Of a DNA stretch of 64,000 bases, positions 8,840 through 18,956 are shown in pieces. Source of the DNA: Chloroflexota bacterium (GTDB lineage Bacteria > Chloroflexota > Anaerolineae > Anaerolineales > Villigracilaceae); contig VGNE01000006.1 in assembly GCA_016866215.1 (NCBI GenBank), positions 36,631 to 100,630 of the forward strand, written 5' to 3'. The notes under the pieces were generated by a model. The model was not told where the DNA came from and did no database searches. It was given only the letters and a program-made list of their open reading frames with translations. Positions within the stretch are counted from its first letter, which is position 1. The number at the start of each line of letters is the position of its first letter. The translations under genes were made by a program, and so were the position numbers.

Positions 8840-10633
8840 ATGAACGAAACTGAAAATAACCTCGGCAAGATAATCCGCATTGCAGGCCCCGTCGTGAGGG
8901 CGGTGGGACTGGAAAACGTCCGTTTGTATGACGTTGTGCGCGTCGGTGAATTGGGACTCGTCGGGGAGGTCATCCGTCTTTCGGAGGGACTGACCACGAT
9001 TCAAGTCTACGAAGATACATCGGGAATCTGCGTGGGAGAACCAGTTCGTAGCACAGGGCTTCCCCTCGTTGTCCAGTTGGGGCCAGGCTTGCTGGAACAG
9101 GTGTACGATGGCCTGCAGAGGCCGCTGAAAATTTTGGCCGAAGGGAGCGGAGAATTTATCCAGCGCGGTGTGTATGCGTCGCCGTTGCCCGAAGATAAAC
9201 GCTGGCATTTTACGCCGCGCGTTTCTGTTGGCGAGGTTGTCGGCGCGGGCGATATTTTGGGCGTGGTTCCCGAATCGCGGACGATTGAACATCGCATCAT
9301 GGTTCCGCCTCACCAGCGCGGACGGGTGGTCAGTATCCGCGCAGGGGAGTTTAACGTCAATGAAACGGTGGCCGTTATCGGGTCGGAGAATGAAGCGGGA
9401 GTCGAAGCGGAGATCACACTCGTCCAGCGTTGGCCCGTCCGCCAGCCGCGTCCATGCCAGACGCGTCTCGCGCCGCGTGAACCGTTGCTCACAGGGACGC
9501 GCATCATTGACGCGTTTTTCCCTGTCGCCAAAGGCGGTTCGGCAATCATCCCTGGAGGATTTGGGACGGGGAAGACCGTGACCGAACACAGCCTCGCGCG
9601 CTGGGCGGATGCGGATGTGGTGGTCTACGTGGGATGCGGCGAACGCGGCAATGAGATGACCGAGGTGCTGGAGGAGTTCCCGAAACTGGAAGACCCGCGC
9701 ACGGGCGCGCCGTTGATGGAACGCACAGTGCTGATCGCCAACACGTCGAACATGCCTGTGGCGGCGCGGGAGGCGAGTATTTATACGGGCATCACGATTG
9801 CAGAGTATTACCGCGACATGGGCTACGATGTGCTCATGCTGGCCGATTCCACTTCGCGCTGGGGGGAGGCGTTGCGCGAGATTTCCGGGCGTTTGGAGGA
9901 AATGCCTGGCGAGGAGGGCTACCCCGCTTATCTGGCCGCGCGCCTGGCTGAATTTTATGAGCGCTCTGGCAGGGTTATTTGTTTGGGTAATCATGGTAAT
10001 TCAGATACGCAGGGACGCATGGGTTCTGTCTCGGTGGTTGGCGCGGTGTCGCCTCCTGGCGGCGATTTTTCGGAACCTGTGACCCAAAACTCGATGCGCG
10101 TAGCAAGCACCTTCTGGGCATTGGATTACGATCTCTCACGCCGCCGTCACTTTCCCGCCATCAACTGGACGAGCAGTTATTCACTTTATAATTTTCGCGA
10201 TTGGTTCGAGCGCGAAGTGGCTACCGATTGGGACGAGTTATCGCATGAAGCCATGGCATTGCTTCAGCGTGAAGTTGAACTGCTCGAGATCGTTCAGTTG
10301 GTTGGTCCCGATGCGCTGGCTGAGCCTGAACGAGCCGTGCTGGCAGTCGCGCGCATGTTGCGCGAAGATTTCCTCCAGCAATCGGCATATCGCGATGTAG
10401 ATCGCTACTGTTCGATCCAAAAGGCTTACTGGATGCTCAAGACGATCATGGATTTTTATCATCATACGCAGGCCGCACTGGAATCAAAAATACCCTTGGA
10501 ACGCGTGACGGCTCTGCCTGTCGTTTCCGATATTGCGCGCATGAAAGAATTCCAGGCGGATGCCGCCGAAAAGGAAATACGCGCCATCATGGATCGCGTG
10601 CAATTCAGTTTCGCAGATTTGGGAGTTGCCTGA
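8840..10633 (+). CDS. atpA: V/A-type ATPase catalytic subunit A
   Basis: 597 aa with Walker [10 protein letters not shown], the non-homologous insert region typical of A subunits, and GERGNEM, DSTSRWAEA-like and [12 protein letters not shown] motifs. Confidence 0.95.
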   Translation: MNETENNLGKIIRIAGPVVRAVGLENVRLYDVVRVGELGLVGEVIRLSEGLTTIQVYEDTSGICVGEPVRSTGLPLVVQLGPGLLEQVYDGLQRPLKILAEGSGEFIQRGVYASPLPEDKRWHFTPRVSVGEVVGAGDILGVVPESRTIEHRIMVPPHQRGRVVSIRAGEFNVNETVAVIGSENEAGVEAEITLVQRWPVRQPRPCQTRLAPREPLLTGTRIIDAFFPVAKGGSAIIPGGFGTGKTVTEHSLARWADADVVVYVGCGERGNEMTEVLEEFPKLEDPRTGAPLMERTVLIANTSNMPVAAREASIYTGITIAEYYRDMGYDVLMLADSTSRWGEALREISGRLEEMPGEEGYPAYLAARLAEFYERSGRVICLGNHGNSDTQGRMGSVSVVGAVSPPGGDFSEPVTQNSMRVASTFWALDYDLSRRRHFPAINWTSSYSLYNFRDWFEREVATDWDELSHEAMALLQREVELLEIVQLVGPDALAEPERAVLAVARMLREDFLQQSAYRDVDRYCSIQKAYWMLKTIMDFYHHTQAALESKIPLERVTALPVVSDIARMKEFQADAAEKEIRAIMDRVQFSFADLGVA

Positions 10634-10634
10634 A

Positions 10635-12068
10635 ATGCTCAAGACGATGCCTCTTCCCCGCCTGTTTACCACCGAATATCGCACACTCTCCCAGATCAGG
10701 GGTCCGCTGATCTTCGTCGAACGCATCGCGGATGTGGCTTACAACGAGATCGTGGAGATCATCGCTCCCGATGGCGATGTGCGGATTGGACAAGTATTGG
10801 AGGTGGATAAGCAGCGCTGTATGGTTCGCATCTTTCTCGGGACCTCGGGCCTGGATCTCGAACGAACGCGCATTCGCTTCACTGGAGATGTGGCGCGCCT
10901 CGGCGTCTCGCTTTCAATGCTGGGACGCGTCTTGAACGGGTCTGGTCAGCCCATTGACGGCGGCCCGCCCATCATCCCCGAAAGATCGCTCGATATCAAC
11001 GGACTGCCGATCAACCCCTCGATGCGGACACACCCAAGCGAGTTCATCCAGACGGGAGTCTCAGCCATTGACGGTCTCAACACACTGACGCGCGGCCAGA
11101 AACTTCCCATCTTTTCTGGCGCGGGTCTGCCCGCGAACGAACTGGCCGCGCAGATCGCGTCGCATGCGCGCGTGGTCGGTGGAAATAAGACAGGAGAGTC
11201 CGAAGGCGAAGGAAGCGAACCGTTCGCAGTGGTCTTCGCCGCAATCGGGATCACACAGCGCGAGACATCTTTCTTCATGGATCAATTCCGCGCCAGCGAC
11301 GCGATGGATCGTACCGTGTTGTTCGTCAACCGCGCGGACGATCCGTCCATTGAACGTTTGCTGACTCCGCGCGCGGCTTTGACGGTGGCGGAATATCTGG
11401 CGTTTACGCATCATCGTCACGTGCTGATCATCCTGACGGATATGACCAACTACTGCGAGGCACTGCGCGAAATCGCCGCGGCCAGTGAGGAAGTGCCGGG
11501 CAGGCGCGGCTATCCGGGTTACATGTATTCGGACCTGGCAAGTTTGTACGAACGTTCGGGACGCATCCACGGCAACCCCGGCTCGGTGACGCAATTGGTG
11601 ATCCTGACCATGCCCGATGACGACATCACTCATCCCATCCCGGACTTGACCGGATACATCACCGAGGGACAGATCGTGTTGAGCCGCGACTTGCACCGAA
11701 AAGGTATTTCCCCGCCCATTGATGTTTTGCCATCCCTCTCGCGGCTGATGAACGAGGGCATCGGCACAGGAAAGACTCGCGCCGATCACCGCTCCGTCGC
11801 CGATCAACTCTATGCCCTGTATGCCGAAGGCCGTGACTTGCGCCGACTGGTGGCGATCATTGGCGAAGCGGCATTGTCCTCGGAGGATCGCCGTGTGCTA
11901 AATTTTGCCAGACGCTTTGAAGAAATTTTCATTGGGCAGGGAGTGGTCAACCGCGAAATCGTCGAGACGCTCGATCAGGCATGGGAGTTGCTCTCCCCCA
12001 TGCCCGTCGAATTGCTCAAACGGATTCCGAAGGAATTCACTGAGCAATATCATAAACACAAAACGTAA
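10635..12068 (+). CDS. atpB: V/A-type ATPase subunit B
   Basis: [16 protein letters not shown]...[22 protein letters not shown]...[32 protein letters not shown] 10635 lies 1 nt after the atpA stop. Confidence 0.95.
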   Translation: MLKTMPLPRLFTTEYRTLSQIRGPLIFVERIADVAYNEIVEIIAPDGDVRIGQVLEVDKQRCMVRIFLGTSGLDLERTRIRFTGDVARLGVSLSMLGRVLNGSGQPIDGGPPIIPERSLDINGLPINPSMRTHPSEFIQTGVSAIDGLNTLTRGQKLPIFSGAGLPANELAAQIASHARVVGGNKTGESEGEGSEPFAVVFAAIGITQRETSFFMDQFRASDAMDRTVLFVNRADDPSIERLLTPRAALTVAEYLAFTHHRHVLIILTDMTNYCEALREIAAASEEVPGRRGYPGYMYSDLASLYERSGRIHGNPGSVTQLVILTMPDDDITHPIPDLTGYITEGQIVLSRDLHRKGISPPIDVLPSLSRLMNEGIGTGKTRADHRSVADQLYALYAEGRDLRRLVAIIGEAALSSEDRRVLNFARRFEEIFIGQGVVNREIVETLDQAWELLSPMPVELLKRIPKEFTEQYHKHKT

Positions 12069-12134
12069 CGCGGCATTTATGTCGCAACTGAGAGGCGAGA
12101 TCAATCTTGCGGTACGAGTGGAGCAGATAGAGAA

Positions 12135-12782
12135 ATGAGCAACGTATCAGTCACCCGCATGGAACTTTTGGCCCGCAAGGCGCAAATTGCACTGGCGAGT
12201 CAGGGACGTGACCTGCTGGAACAAAAGCGCACGGCTTTGATGAAGGAGTTCATGCGTACTGCCGATACCGCGTTGGAACGTTCGGACGCGCTTCAAGTTT
12301 CCGCTGCCCATGCCAGCCAGTCACTTGCAAGGTCTGAGGCGATGGCGGGGGCGGAGTCTGTTCGCTCGGCCGCGTTGGCCTCTCGCGGCGGATTCAGTCT
12401 CGAGGTCACGACCAGAAGCGTGATGGGGGTGAGAGTCCCGCACATCGAGCAGAAAAGCGCATCCCGTTCATTGCTGGAACGAGGGTACTCGATTGTCGGC
12501 GCTTCGATCACGATTGATGAAACCGCTTCGGCTTTTGAACGGGAAGTCGAAGCCATCATCCAACTTGCCGAGACCGAACTGCGTCTCGCGCGCCTGGGCG
12601 ATGAAATCCAGCGCACGTCCAGGCGGCTGAATGCGCTTGATCATTTTTTGATCCCGCGTCTCAAAGCGGAACGGGATTTCATCCAGATGGCTTTGGATGA
12701 ACGCGAACGCGCCGATCATTTTCGGCTCAAACTGGTGAAGCGTTCCCTGGAACGGAAGCGAGAAATGGAAAAGCCCAGGTGA
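12135..12782 (+). CDS. atpD: V/A-type ATPase central-stalk subunit D
   Basis: 215 aa, VTRMELLARKAQIALASQGRDLLEQKRTALM...RRLNALDHFLIPRL, the last canonical gene of the operon. Confidence 0.9.
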   Translation: MSNVSVTRMELLARKAQIALASQGRDLLEQKRTALMKEFMRTADTALERSDALQVSAAHASQSLARSEAMAGAESVRSAALASRGGFSLEVTTRSVMGVRVPHIEQKSASRSLLERGYSIVGASITIDETASAFEREVEAIIQLAETELRLARLGDEIQRTSRRLNALDHFLIPRLKAERDFIQMALDERERADHFRLKLVKRSLERKREMEKPR

Positions 12783-12793
12783 GGAGGTAGCTT

Positions 12794-13039
12794 ATGTCTA
12801 CCAATAAAAACAATAGTCGACCGATCACGGAAGATATGCATGCCGTTCTTGAGATGTCTCTCATTGAAGCATATTTGCAAGGCAAAGGATACACACTGGG
12901 AGATTTGAAGAAGCTGCCTGAAGCAGAAGCCAAACAGCTCATGAAGGAGGCGTCAGTCTTCGCATCCGGCAAGCTTGCCGAGTTGGAAGAAAGAGCACAC
13001 TTCCTGCAGGAACTTCATGACGCGTATACAGGCGAATGA
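12794..13039 (+). CDS. Hypothetical 81-aa protein appended to the V-ATPase operon
   Basis: GAGGAGG RBS, with the ATG 12 nt after the atpD stop. Soluble and helical (LKKLPEAEAKQLMKEASVFASGKLAELEERAHFL). I do not recognise a family. Confidence 0.5.
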   Translation: MSTNKNNSRPITEDMHAVLEMSLIEAYLQGKGYTLGDLKKLPEAEAKQLMKEASVFASGKLAELEERAHFLQELHDAYTGE

Positions 13040-13128
13040 GTATTGCATTGTTGGGCAGCTTGTAGCTAAGAACCAAGCAACTGCTCCCCATGCCCAGCTT
13101 GACTTGAGATACGAGCAAAGGATCAACA

Positions 13129-13543
13129 ATGCCGAGGTCGTTGGCAGAAGTTGAAGGTTTCCTGCATTGAGAGCGAGTGGCTGCTTATTGCACAGTAGAT
13201 TGTAAGAACAGGCCTCACGTTGTCCCCGTATTCTTCACGTATGACGATGGCAAAGTATATGTACAGACGGATCGGGAATCGGTAAAGGTTCGTAACCTGC
13301 TGAGAAATCCTAATGCGGCTATTACAATTTACAGCGGAGATTTCGGGGAGGAAGCGGTAGTGATACAAGGACGGGCAAGAATCGTGAGTGATGATGAGTT
13401 CGTTAGAAGAACGCAAGAGCATATACACAAATATCAATTACAGTTGGACGAACAAGGAAGAGACTCATTTAGGAATATCCCTTTTTGACAGCACAGTACG
13501 CTGTGTGATCGAAATGACACCAGAGCGTTTGAAATTCTGGTGA
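13129..13543 (+). pseudogene. Pyridoxamine-5'-phosphate-oxidase (PPOX/FMN-binding split-barrel) family gene, inactivated
   Basis: MPRSLAEVEGFLH-TGA(13168-13170)-ERVAAYCTVDCKNRPHVVPVFFTYDDGKVYVQTDRESVKVRNLLRNPNAAITIY... is family-typical. The family-typical tail ...VIEMTPERLKFW* (stop 13541-13543) is only readable after a frameshift near the T5 run at ~13474-13478. Confidence 0.6.
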
Positions 13544-13701
13544 CATGCTCTCTCTCGGAAGGAATAGGAGTCCAGTATGTGGAAAAAGAGAAAGAGGTGA
13601 CCTCGAACCTTCTACGATGTCCAACCCAGGGAATTGAAACGGGCAGTGGAAAAGATGTGCCATGAGTTGAGAAGTTCACCTTTTTCGGTGGCGCAGTTCT
13701 G

Positions 13702-14024
13702 TCACTTCGCTTTCATGATCGTCAGCATTGCCTGCTGAGCAGCGTTTTGTCTTGAAAACCAAGTGCGCGATCTCAGTGGCGATTGCGAAGTTGCTGCTGG
13801 GCAATCGTAGCTGTATTGGGTCATCTCGAGCAGCTCGAAAATATGCCGTTGCAAAAACATTCCATACGATTGTCCTGATATCTGCTCAATGATGTAGTTC
13901 AACAAACGTAACCTGGAGTGCGGAACGAACGGCTGACAAATATCACTTGGCGGCCCCGGGCTTTCTTGTTACGCTTAAATTGGTCAGTCAGAATAAGAGA
14001 AAACTGTTTTATTGGATTCTTCAT
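13702..14024 (-). pseudogene. Serine-hydrolase (beta-lactamase-related) gene remnant
   Basis: ...TPGYV / LLNYIIEQISGQSYGMFLQRHIFELLEM... is the conserved mid-region of class-C-like serine hydrolases. It is frameshifted at a T-run and only ~100 of the expected >300 codons are present. Confidence 0.45.
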
Positions 14025-14044
14025 CTTTCCCAAATATCTGCTTC

Positions 14045-15595
14045 CTATCCCATCATAATTTTAGGCCTGTATTGCAACGCCTCCGCCAGATGCGCGGACT
14101 GAATCTCATCACTCCCCGCTAAATCGGCGATGGTGCGTGAAAGTTTTAAAATTCGGTGATAAGCCCGCGCGGATAACTGCAATTGACTCATCGCCGCCCG
14201 CATCAAGCTCTGACCTTCGGCCTGCAACTGACAAAATTGCCTGATCTCCCCGATGCGCATATCGGCGTTGGAGATGATATTCGTTGATACGGTTTTCGAT
14301 ATTAGAGAGTCGGGATTCGTGAATCGGGTTTGCTGAATATTTCTTGCGGCTTGCACACGTCTACGTATCGCTTCACTTGTTTCGCTTACTTTATTCCCGC
14401 TTAACTTTTCATAATCAACTCTTGGGACTTCGATGTGGATGTCGATGCGGTCCAGCAATGGACCTGAGATTCGTTTTTGATATTTCGTTACCATTGCAGG
14501 TGCACAGGTACATGGTTTAAGTGAGTCGCCATACCAGCCGCAGGGGCAGGGATTCATTGCAGCGATCAATTGGAAGTTTGCTGAAAAAGTGAGTGAGCCT
14601 TTTGCGCGGCTGATGGTGACAACTTTATCTTCCATCGGCTGGCGCATCACTTCGAGGACGCGTGTGCCGAATTCGGGGAACTCGTCTAAAAATAAAACAC
14701 CTCGATGTGCCAGGGAGATTTCACCAGGCTTGGGGATATTTCCTCCACCCACCAAGCCTGCATGTGAAATGGTATGATGCGGTGCGCGAAACGGGCGATG
14801 GCGAATTAATGCTGTACCTGTGGGCAACTGGTCTGCAACAGAATAAATGCGTGTAACATCCAACGATTCTTCGATGCTCATCTCTGGGAGAATGCCAGGC
14901 ATGGCGCGCGCAAGTAAAGTTTTTCCCGCGCCAGGGCTTCCTACCATCAGTACATTGTGTCCGCCAGCCGCGGCGACTTCGAGTGCGCGCTTGACGTGTT
15001 CCTGTCCCTTTACCTCGCTGAAGTCTGTCGGCGTGAATAAAGGTTCGAGTGAATCTGCCGAGGGGAGATAAGGCTCAATAAGACGGCGACCCGCTAAATG
15101 GTCGAAGAGATCCGCAAGCGTTTTGACCGGGATAATCTCAAGGTCGGGAATCAAGGCTGCTTCGGGCGCATCCACTTCAGGGACGAACATCCGCTTGAAT
15201 CCACTTGCGCGGGCAGTGGCGGCCATTGGAAAAACGCCGCGCGCGTGACGCACAACGCCGTCGAGTGAAAGTTCGCCGATGACGATTGTGTTTTCAACTT
15301 TGTCATGAGGGAGAAAACCCGCAAGGACGATGACGCCGAGCGCGATGGGGAGGTCGTAGGAGGGACCTTCTTTGCGGACTGTGGCGGGCGCAAGATTGAC
15401 AACGATGCGATGACGAGGGAAATGCAAGCCTGCGTTTTTCACGGCGGTTTGCACGCGCTCGCGACTCTCCTGCACAGCGGTATCGGGCAAACCGACAATG
15501 GTCATGCCGGGCAAGCCGTTGGTGTAATCCACTTCCACTTCAACAATGACGCCTTCAAGACCAACGACAGCGCAGGAAAATATTCGAGCAAGCAT
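14045..15595 (-). CDS. comM: ComM/YifB Mg-chelatase-like AAA+ ATPase (intact)
   Basis: 516 aa with a Lon-protease-like N-domain, Walker A GSPGAGKT, VLFLDEFPEF, and a C-terminal CPCGWYGD...CTC zinc motif. Confidence 0.9.
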   Translation of the reverse strand: MLARIFSCAVVGLEGVIVEVEVDYTNGLPGMTIVGLPDTAVQESRERVQTAVKNAGLHFPRHRIVVNLAPATVRKEGPSYDLPIALGVIVLAGFLPHDKVENTIVIGELSLDGVVRHARGVFPMAATARASGFKRMFVPEVDAPEAALIPDLEIIPVKTLADLFDHLAGRRLIEPYLPSADSLEPLFTPTDFSEVKGQEHVKRALEVAAAGGHNVLMVGSPGAGKTLLARAMPGILPEMSIEESLDVTRIYSVADQLPTGTALIRHRPFRAPHHTISHAGLVGGGNIPKPGEISLAHRGVLFLDEFPEFGTRVLEVMRQPMEDKVVTISRAKGSLTFSANFQLIAAMNPCPCGWYGDSLKPCTCAPAMVTKYQKRISGPLLDRIDIHIEVPRVDYEKLSGNKVSETSEAIRRRVQAARNIQQTRFTNPDSLISKTVSTNIISNADMRIGEIRQFCQLQAEGQSLMRAAMSQLQLSARAYHRILKLSRTIADLAGSDEIQSAHLAEALQYRPKIMMG

Positions 15596-15731
15596 ATTTG
15601 AAGTTTAGACGAGGGAGGAAGAAAAGTCAATTCACTGATGTGGGAAATTGGGTATTGAATCGCGAGTGGGTTTGTTCTATACTGAATTTGGGATAGGTTC
15701 TTTTTTGCACGTTTCACACAGGAGGTGTGAG

Positions 15732-16052
15732 ATGAAAACCGATTCAAGTCAATCAATGTGGCGGCCCAGCACAAAGCTTGGTTGGTGGTCGGTCAGACTG
15801 GCGGCAGCGTTCGTAATTCTCATGGTTATCAACAACACTATTTTCATGCGCTTGCCGGAGGATGTAACGTGGCGGGTAACAGTATTACCCTTCTACGGTA
15901 TTTTTATGATGTTGTGCGGGCTGACCGCTGGCATTGTCGGACTGGTCGCGGTGATACGACAGCACGAGCGTTCGCGGCTCGTCTGGCTTACCATGTTACC
16001 CGGGCTGTTCGCCCTCTTCTTCATCCTCGGCGAATTCCTGGTGCCGCATTAA
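15732..16052 (+). CDS. Small membrane protein (3 predicted helices)
   Basis: GGAGG RBS then ATG 15732, with hydrophobic segments. No family recognised. Confidence 0.5.
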   Translation: MKTDSSQSMWRPSTKLGWWSVRLAAAFVILMVINNTIFMRLPEDVTWRVTVLPFYGIFMMLCGLTAGIVGLVAVIRQHERSRLVWLTMLPGLFALFFILGEFLVPH

Positions 16053-16122
16053 GTCCTTCGGGTTGGGGGACTCGAACCTGTAGGCGTTACTCTCATCCAA
16101 AATCGCGGCTATAATCCGCCGC

Positions 16123-16953
16123 ATGACATCCTACCCTCGCGCACATTTCTGGACCCGCGATAGCGGTATCCTCCTCGGGGGATTCTTTGTCACCATTTTT
16201 TTGATCGTTTACATTTGGTGGCCGCTGGCGGAGGAATATTTTACCTATGTGGATTGGAGCGGCGCGTGGTGGCTGTACATGGATTGGCTGTTGCTCGGCG
16301 TTTTCCTGTTCATGTCCATTACCATCATTGCGCGGGCGATTCTCAAAACGGATATGTTGATCGTTTTTGTTGGCATCTGTGGCGGACTCGCGATTGAGTC
16401 ATGGGGCACACAAACGAATCTCTGGCATTATTACACAGCAGAGCGCCCGCCCTTGTGGATTATCCCTGCCTGGCCGATTGCTAGTTTGTCTATTGATAGA
16501 ATTGCAAGATTTTTAGATTGGACTGTTGAACAAGCAAGCAAACGAAGCAAGACAACTAATCTCCAATCTCTATTCTCTATTTTCTATTGGCTGACCTTCG
16601 CTTCCTTCTTGACCTTGATGCTGGTCTTTGTTTCCCCAACATTTGACAAGTCCTATACATGGTTGGCCATGATCTTGTGCATTCTCCTGATCGTCACGCC
16701 AACGGATCATCGCTTTGCTTTGCTGACATTCATTGCAGGCACAGGTCTTGGTTACTATCTGGAACTGTGGGGCACAACCCGTGAGTGCTGGACGTATTAC
16801 ACAAATGAAACCCCCCCATTATTTGCGGTGCTCGCGCATGGCATGGCAGCTGTCGCATTTTGGCGGGCGGGATTGTATGTGAAAATGGTTTGGGGGAAGG
16901 TGGTTGTGACATTCATCCTCCTTGACAGGCGGGGGAATCAGCGTAGAATGTGA
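16123..16953 (+). CDS. Polytopic membrane protein with internal two-fold repeat
   Basis: 276 aa. The two halves share GGLAIESWGTQTNLWHYYTAERPPLWIIPAWP versus TGLGYYLELWGTTRECWTYYTNETPPLFAVLAHG. Confidence 0.55.
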   Translation: MTSYPRAHFWTRDSGILLGGFFVTIFLIVYIWWPLAEEYFTYVDWSGAWWLYMDWLLLGVFLFMSITIIARAILKTDMLIVFVGICGGLAIESWGTQTNLWHYYTAERPPLWIIPAWPIASLSIDRIARFLDWTVEQASKRSKTTNLQSLFSIFYWLTFASFLTLMLVFVSPTFDKSYTWLAMILCILLIVTPTDHRFALLTFIAGTGLGYYLELWGTTRECWTYYTNETPPLFAVLAHGMAAVAFWRAGLYVKMVWGKVVVTFILLDRRGNQRRM

Positions 16954-16984
16954 CCTTGTGGTCATATGACTTGGAGGTCACATT

Positions 16985-17647
16985 TTGCCCAAGCAGACAT
17001 TTTTCAATCTCCCCGAAGAGAAGCGAAAAACCATCGTCAACGCTGCGATATATGAATTTGCGGAGTATGGTTTTGAAGCCGCGTCCATCAACCGCATCGT
17101 GGCGAACAGCGGGATCTCGAAGGGCAGTTTCTATCAATATTTTGAAGACAAACTGGATGTCTTCAAACATCTGATTGATATGCTTGCGCATGAAAAGATG
17201 GAATTCTTCATGGATAAGCATCCGTCAAGCACAAACATGGATACGTTTCAATATTACCGCTGGATGATAAAGACCGGCATGGAGTTCAACTCCACGAACC
17301 CGCGCCTGGTGCAAGCCATCGGCCGCGTGCTGCTAGGTGAAGGTATGTATTATGGAAAGGATTTTGAAGAGTACCGCAAACAGTCCACTCGTGCGCTGAC
17401 AGCGATGATCCAGCAAGCCATCGAACGCGGCGAGGTTGACCCAAGCGTGGACGTGGACCTGGCGGTGATGATCATGGAAACATGGAATAACGCGATCAGC
17501 ACGTATTTTCTCAATGAAGGCATGAAGCAGAGGGACATCATGAAATGGGTGCGTTCTGCAAAAACACAGGAAGTCATTGATAAGCTGTTGTATGTGATGG
17601 AATACGGCTTGCGTAAAACGGAATCGGAATTCACATCCGCAACATAG
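16985..17647 (+). CDS. TetR/AcrR family transcriptional regulator
   Basis: The N-terminal HTH IVNAAIYEFAEYGFEAASINRIVANSGISKGSFYQYFEDKLDVF is classic TetR. TTG start behind GGAGG. Confidence 0.85.
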   Translation: MPKQTFFNLPEEKRKTIVNAAIYEFAEYGFEAASINRIVANSGISKGSFYQYFEDKLDVFKHLIDMLAHEKMEFFMDKHPSSTNMDTFQYYRWMIKTGMEFNSTNPRLVQAIGRVLLGEGMYYGKDFEEYRKQSTRALTAMIQQAIERGEVDPSVDVDLAVMIMETWNNAISTYFLNEGMKQRDIMKWVRSAKTQEVIDKLLYVMEYGLRKTESEFTSAT

Positions 17648-17660
17648 AAAGGAAGTCACC

Positions 17661-18890
17661 ATGAATTTGTACCTGCGCCTTGCGTGGCGCAATGTCTGGC
17701 GGCAGCGCCGCAGAACGCTCCTGATCGCTGTTGGCATGGGCGTCACGATGTCCCTGCTAGTGTTCTACGACGGGCTCATCGGCGGGTTCGAACAGGCAAT
17801 TTATGGCAATGCCATTCAGTTGCTGGGAGGCAATATTCAAGTCCATGCGCTCGGCTACAACGAGAAGGCGGGACGAAAGCCATTGCTCCCGATGGAGAAC
17901 CCGGATACCGTTGTACAGGCGGCGGAGGCGCACCCCGAAGTTGTGATTGCATCGAAACGCATCGTCACCAGCGGATTGGTCACCAACCGCGAAGGCGCGT
18001 TCGCTATCTCGATCATCGGTGTTGAAACCGACAAGGAAGTCCAAATCACACCGGTGGCGGATAATATATCGAGCGGGCGTTACCTGAACCCGGACGATGG
18101 CGACCTGATCGTCATCGGACAGGGACTGGCTACCGCCATGCAAATCGAAGTTGGCGACCGCATCACGATGGTCGGCAGTTCGACCCACGAGCAGACACGT
18201 CAACGCACGATGACAGTTGTTGGTATCTATGATGTAGGCGTGCCTTCGGTTGAAAAGACTACGATCTACATATCCCTTGGCGAGGCACAGCAACTGTTCG
18301 GTCTGGATGGGCAGGTAACCGAAGTGGTTGTTTCCCTGAAACAGATCGGACAGGAAGCGGGTGTGATCAATACCATCAACAATTCGACGCCGGGTTATGA
18401 AGTGGAAAGTTGGGAAACATCCATCCCGGATTTGAAAAAGACCATGGACATGAAAACGTCGGTCATGAGCGTCTTTGGGATCTTTATGCTGGGCATCGCC
18501 GCCATTGGCATTCTCAACCTGTTGATGATGGCGGTCTTCGAGCGCACACGCGAGATCGGCATCATCGGCGCGCTGGGATTGAAACCGCGCGAGATCACCT
18601 TCCTGTTCCTGTTGGAGGGAATCCTGATCGGTGTGATGGGAGCGGTATTGGGCGCGATTTTAGGGACGCTTATCAATGGAATACTCGGTGTTGTTGGCCT
18701 TGACTACAGTCAGTTCGCCAACCTGACCGAATATACCGCCCTGATCAGTGGAAGCATCTATCCTCAATTGGTTCCATTGAAGGTGCTTCAGCACGCGCTC
18801 ACGGTTGCCATCATTGCCGCACTTGCAGCGTTGTACCCGGCAATCGAAGCTTCCAGGCGTGAACCGGCGGAAGCGTTGCATTACGTTTAA
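17661..18890 (+). CDS. ABC transporter permease, FtsX/MacB-type
   Basis: 409 aa: N-terminal TM, a large periplasmic domain, and a C-terminal FtsX 3-TM bundle with the FERTREIGIIGALG motif. Confidence 0.85.
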   Translation: MNLYLRLAWRNVWRQRRRTLLIAVGMGVTMSLLVFYDGLIGGFEQAIYGNAIQLLGGNIQVHALGYNEKAGRKPLLPMENPDTVVQAAEAHPEVVIASKRIVTSGLVTNREGAFAISIIGVETDKEVQITPVADNISSGRYLNPDDGDLIVIGQGLATAMQIEVGDRITMVGSSTHEQTRQRTMTVVGIYDVGVPSVEKTTIYISLGEAQQLFGLDGQVTEVVVSLKQIGQEAGVINTINNSTPGYEVESWETSIPDLKKTMDMKTSVMSVFGIFMLGIAAIGILNLLMMAVFERTREIGIIGALGLKPREITFLFLLEGILIGVMGAVLGAILGTLINGILGVVGLDYSQFANLTEYTALISGSIYPQLVPLKVLQHALTVAIIAALAALYPAIEASRREPAEALHYV

Positions 18891-18892
18891 TC

Positions 18893-18937
18893 TGCTCCAA
18901 GCCGCCGTCCTCGGCGGCGGTCGCCGGGGACGGCGAC
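18893..18937. repeat. GC-rich double-hairpin repeat (family TGCTCCAGCCGCCGTCCCCGGCGGCG)
   Basis: GCCGCCG-tcct-CGGCGGC (18901-18918) followed by GTCGCCG-ggga-CGGCGAC (18920-18937). Related copies lie at 59247-59288 and 61140-61165 in inverted orientation. Confidence 0.7.
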
Positions 18938-18956
18938 CTGAGCAAAAGGAAATCTT

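Noticed and set aside
8804-9994. Long antisense ORFs in the track. Examples: 8804..9994(-) 396 aa inside atpA, 4533..5423(-), 11061..11807(-), 21036..21905(-), 54004..55239(-) 411 aa inside the sensor gene, and 5427..6095(-).
   Set aside because: Each lies fully opposite a gene with unmistakable family motifs. Their translations are R/P/A/G-rich low-complexity strings typical of shadow ORFs in GC-rich DNA, and none has an RBS or recognisable domain.
13168-13170. The in-frame TGA in the PPOX-family gene, considered as a possible selenocysteine or read-through codon.
   Set aside because: The position does not correspond to a catalytic Cys in this family. No SECIS-like hairpin follows, and the same gene carries an independent frameshift, so decay is the simpler reading.
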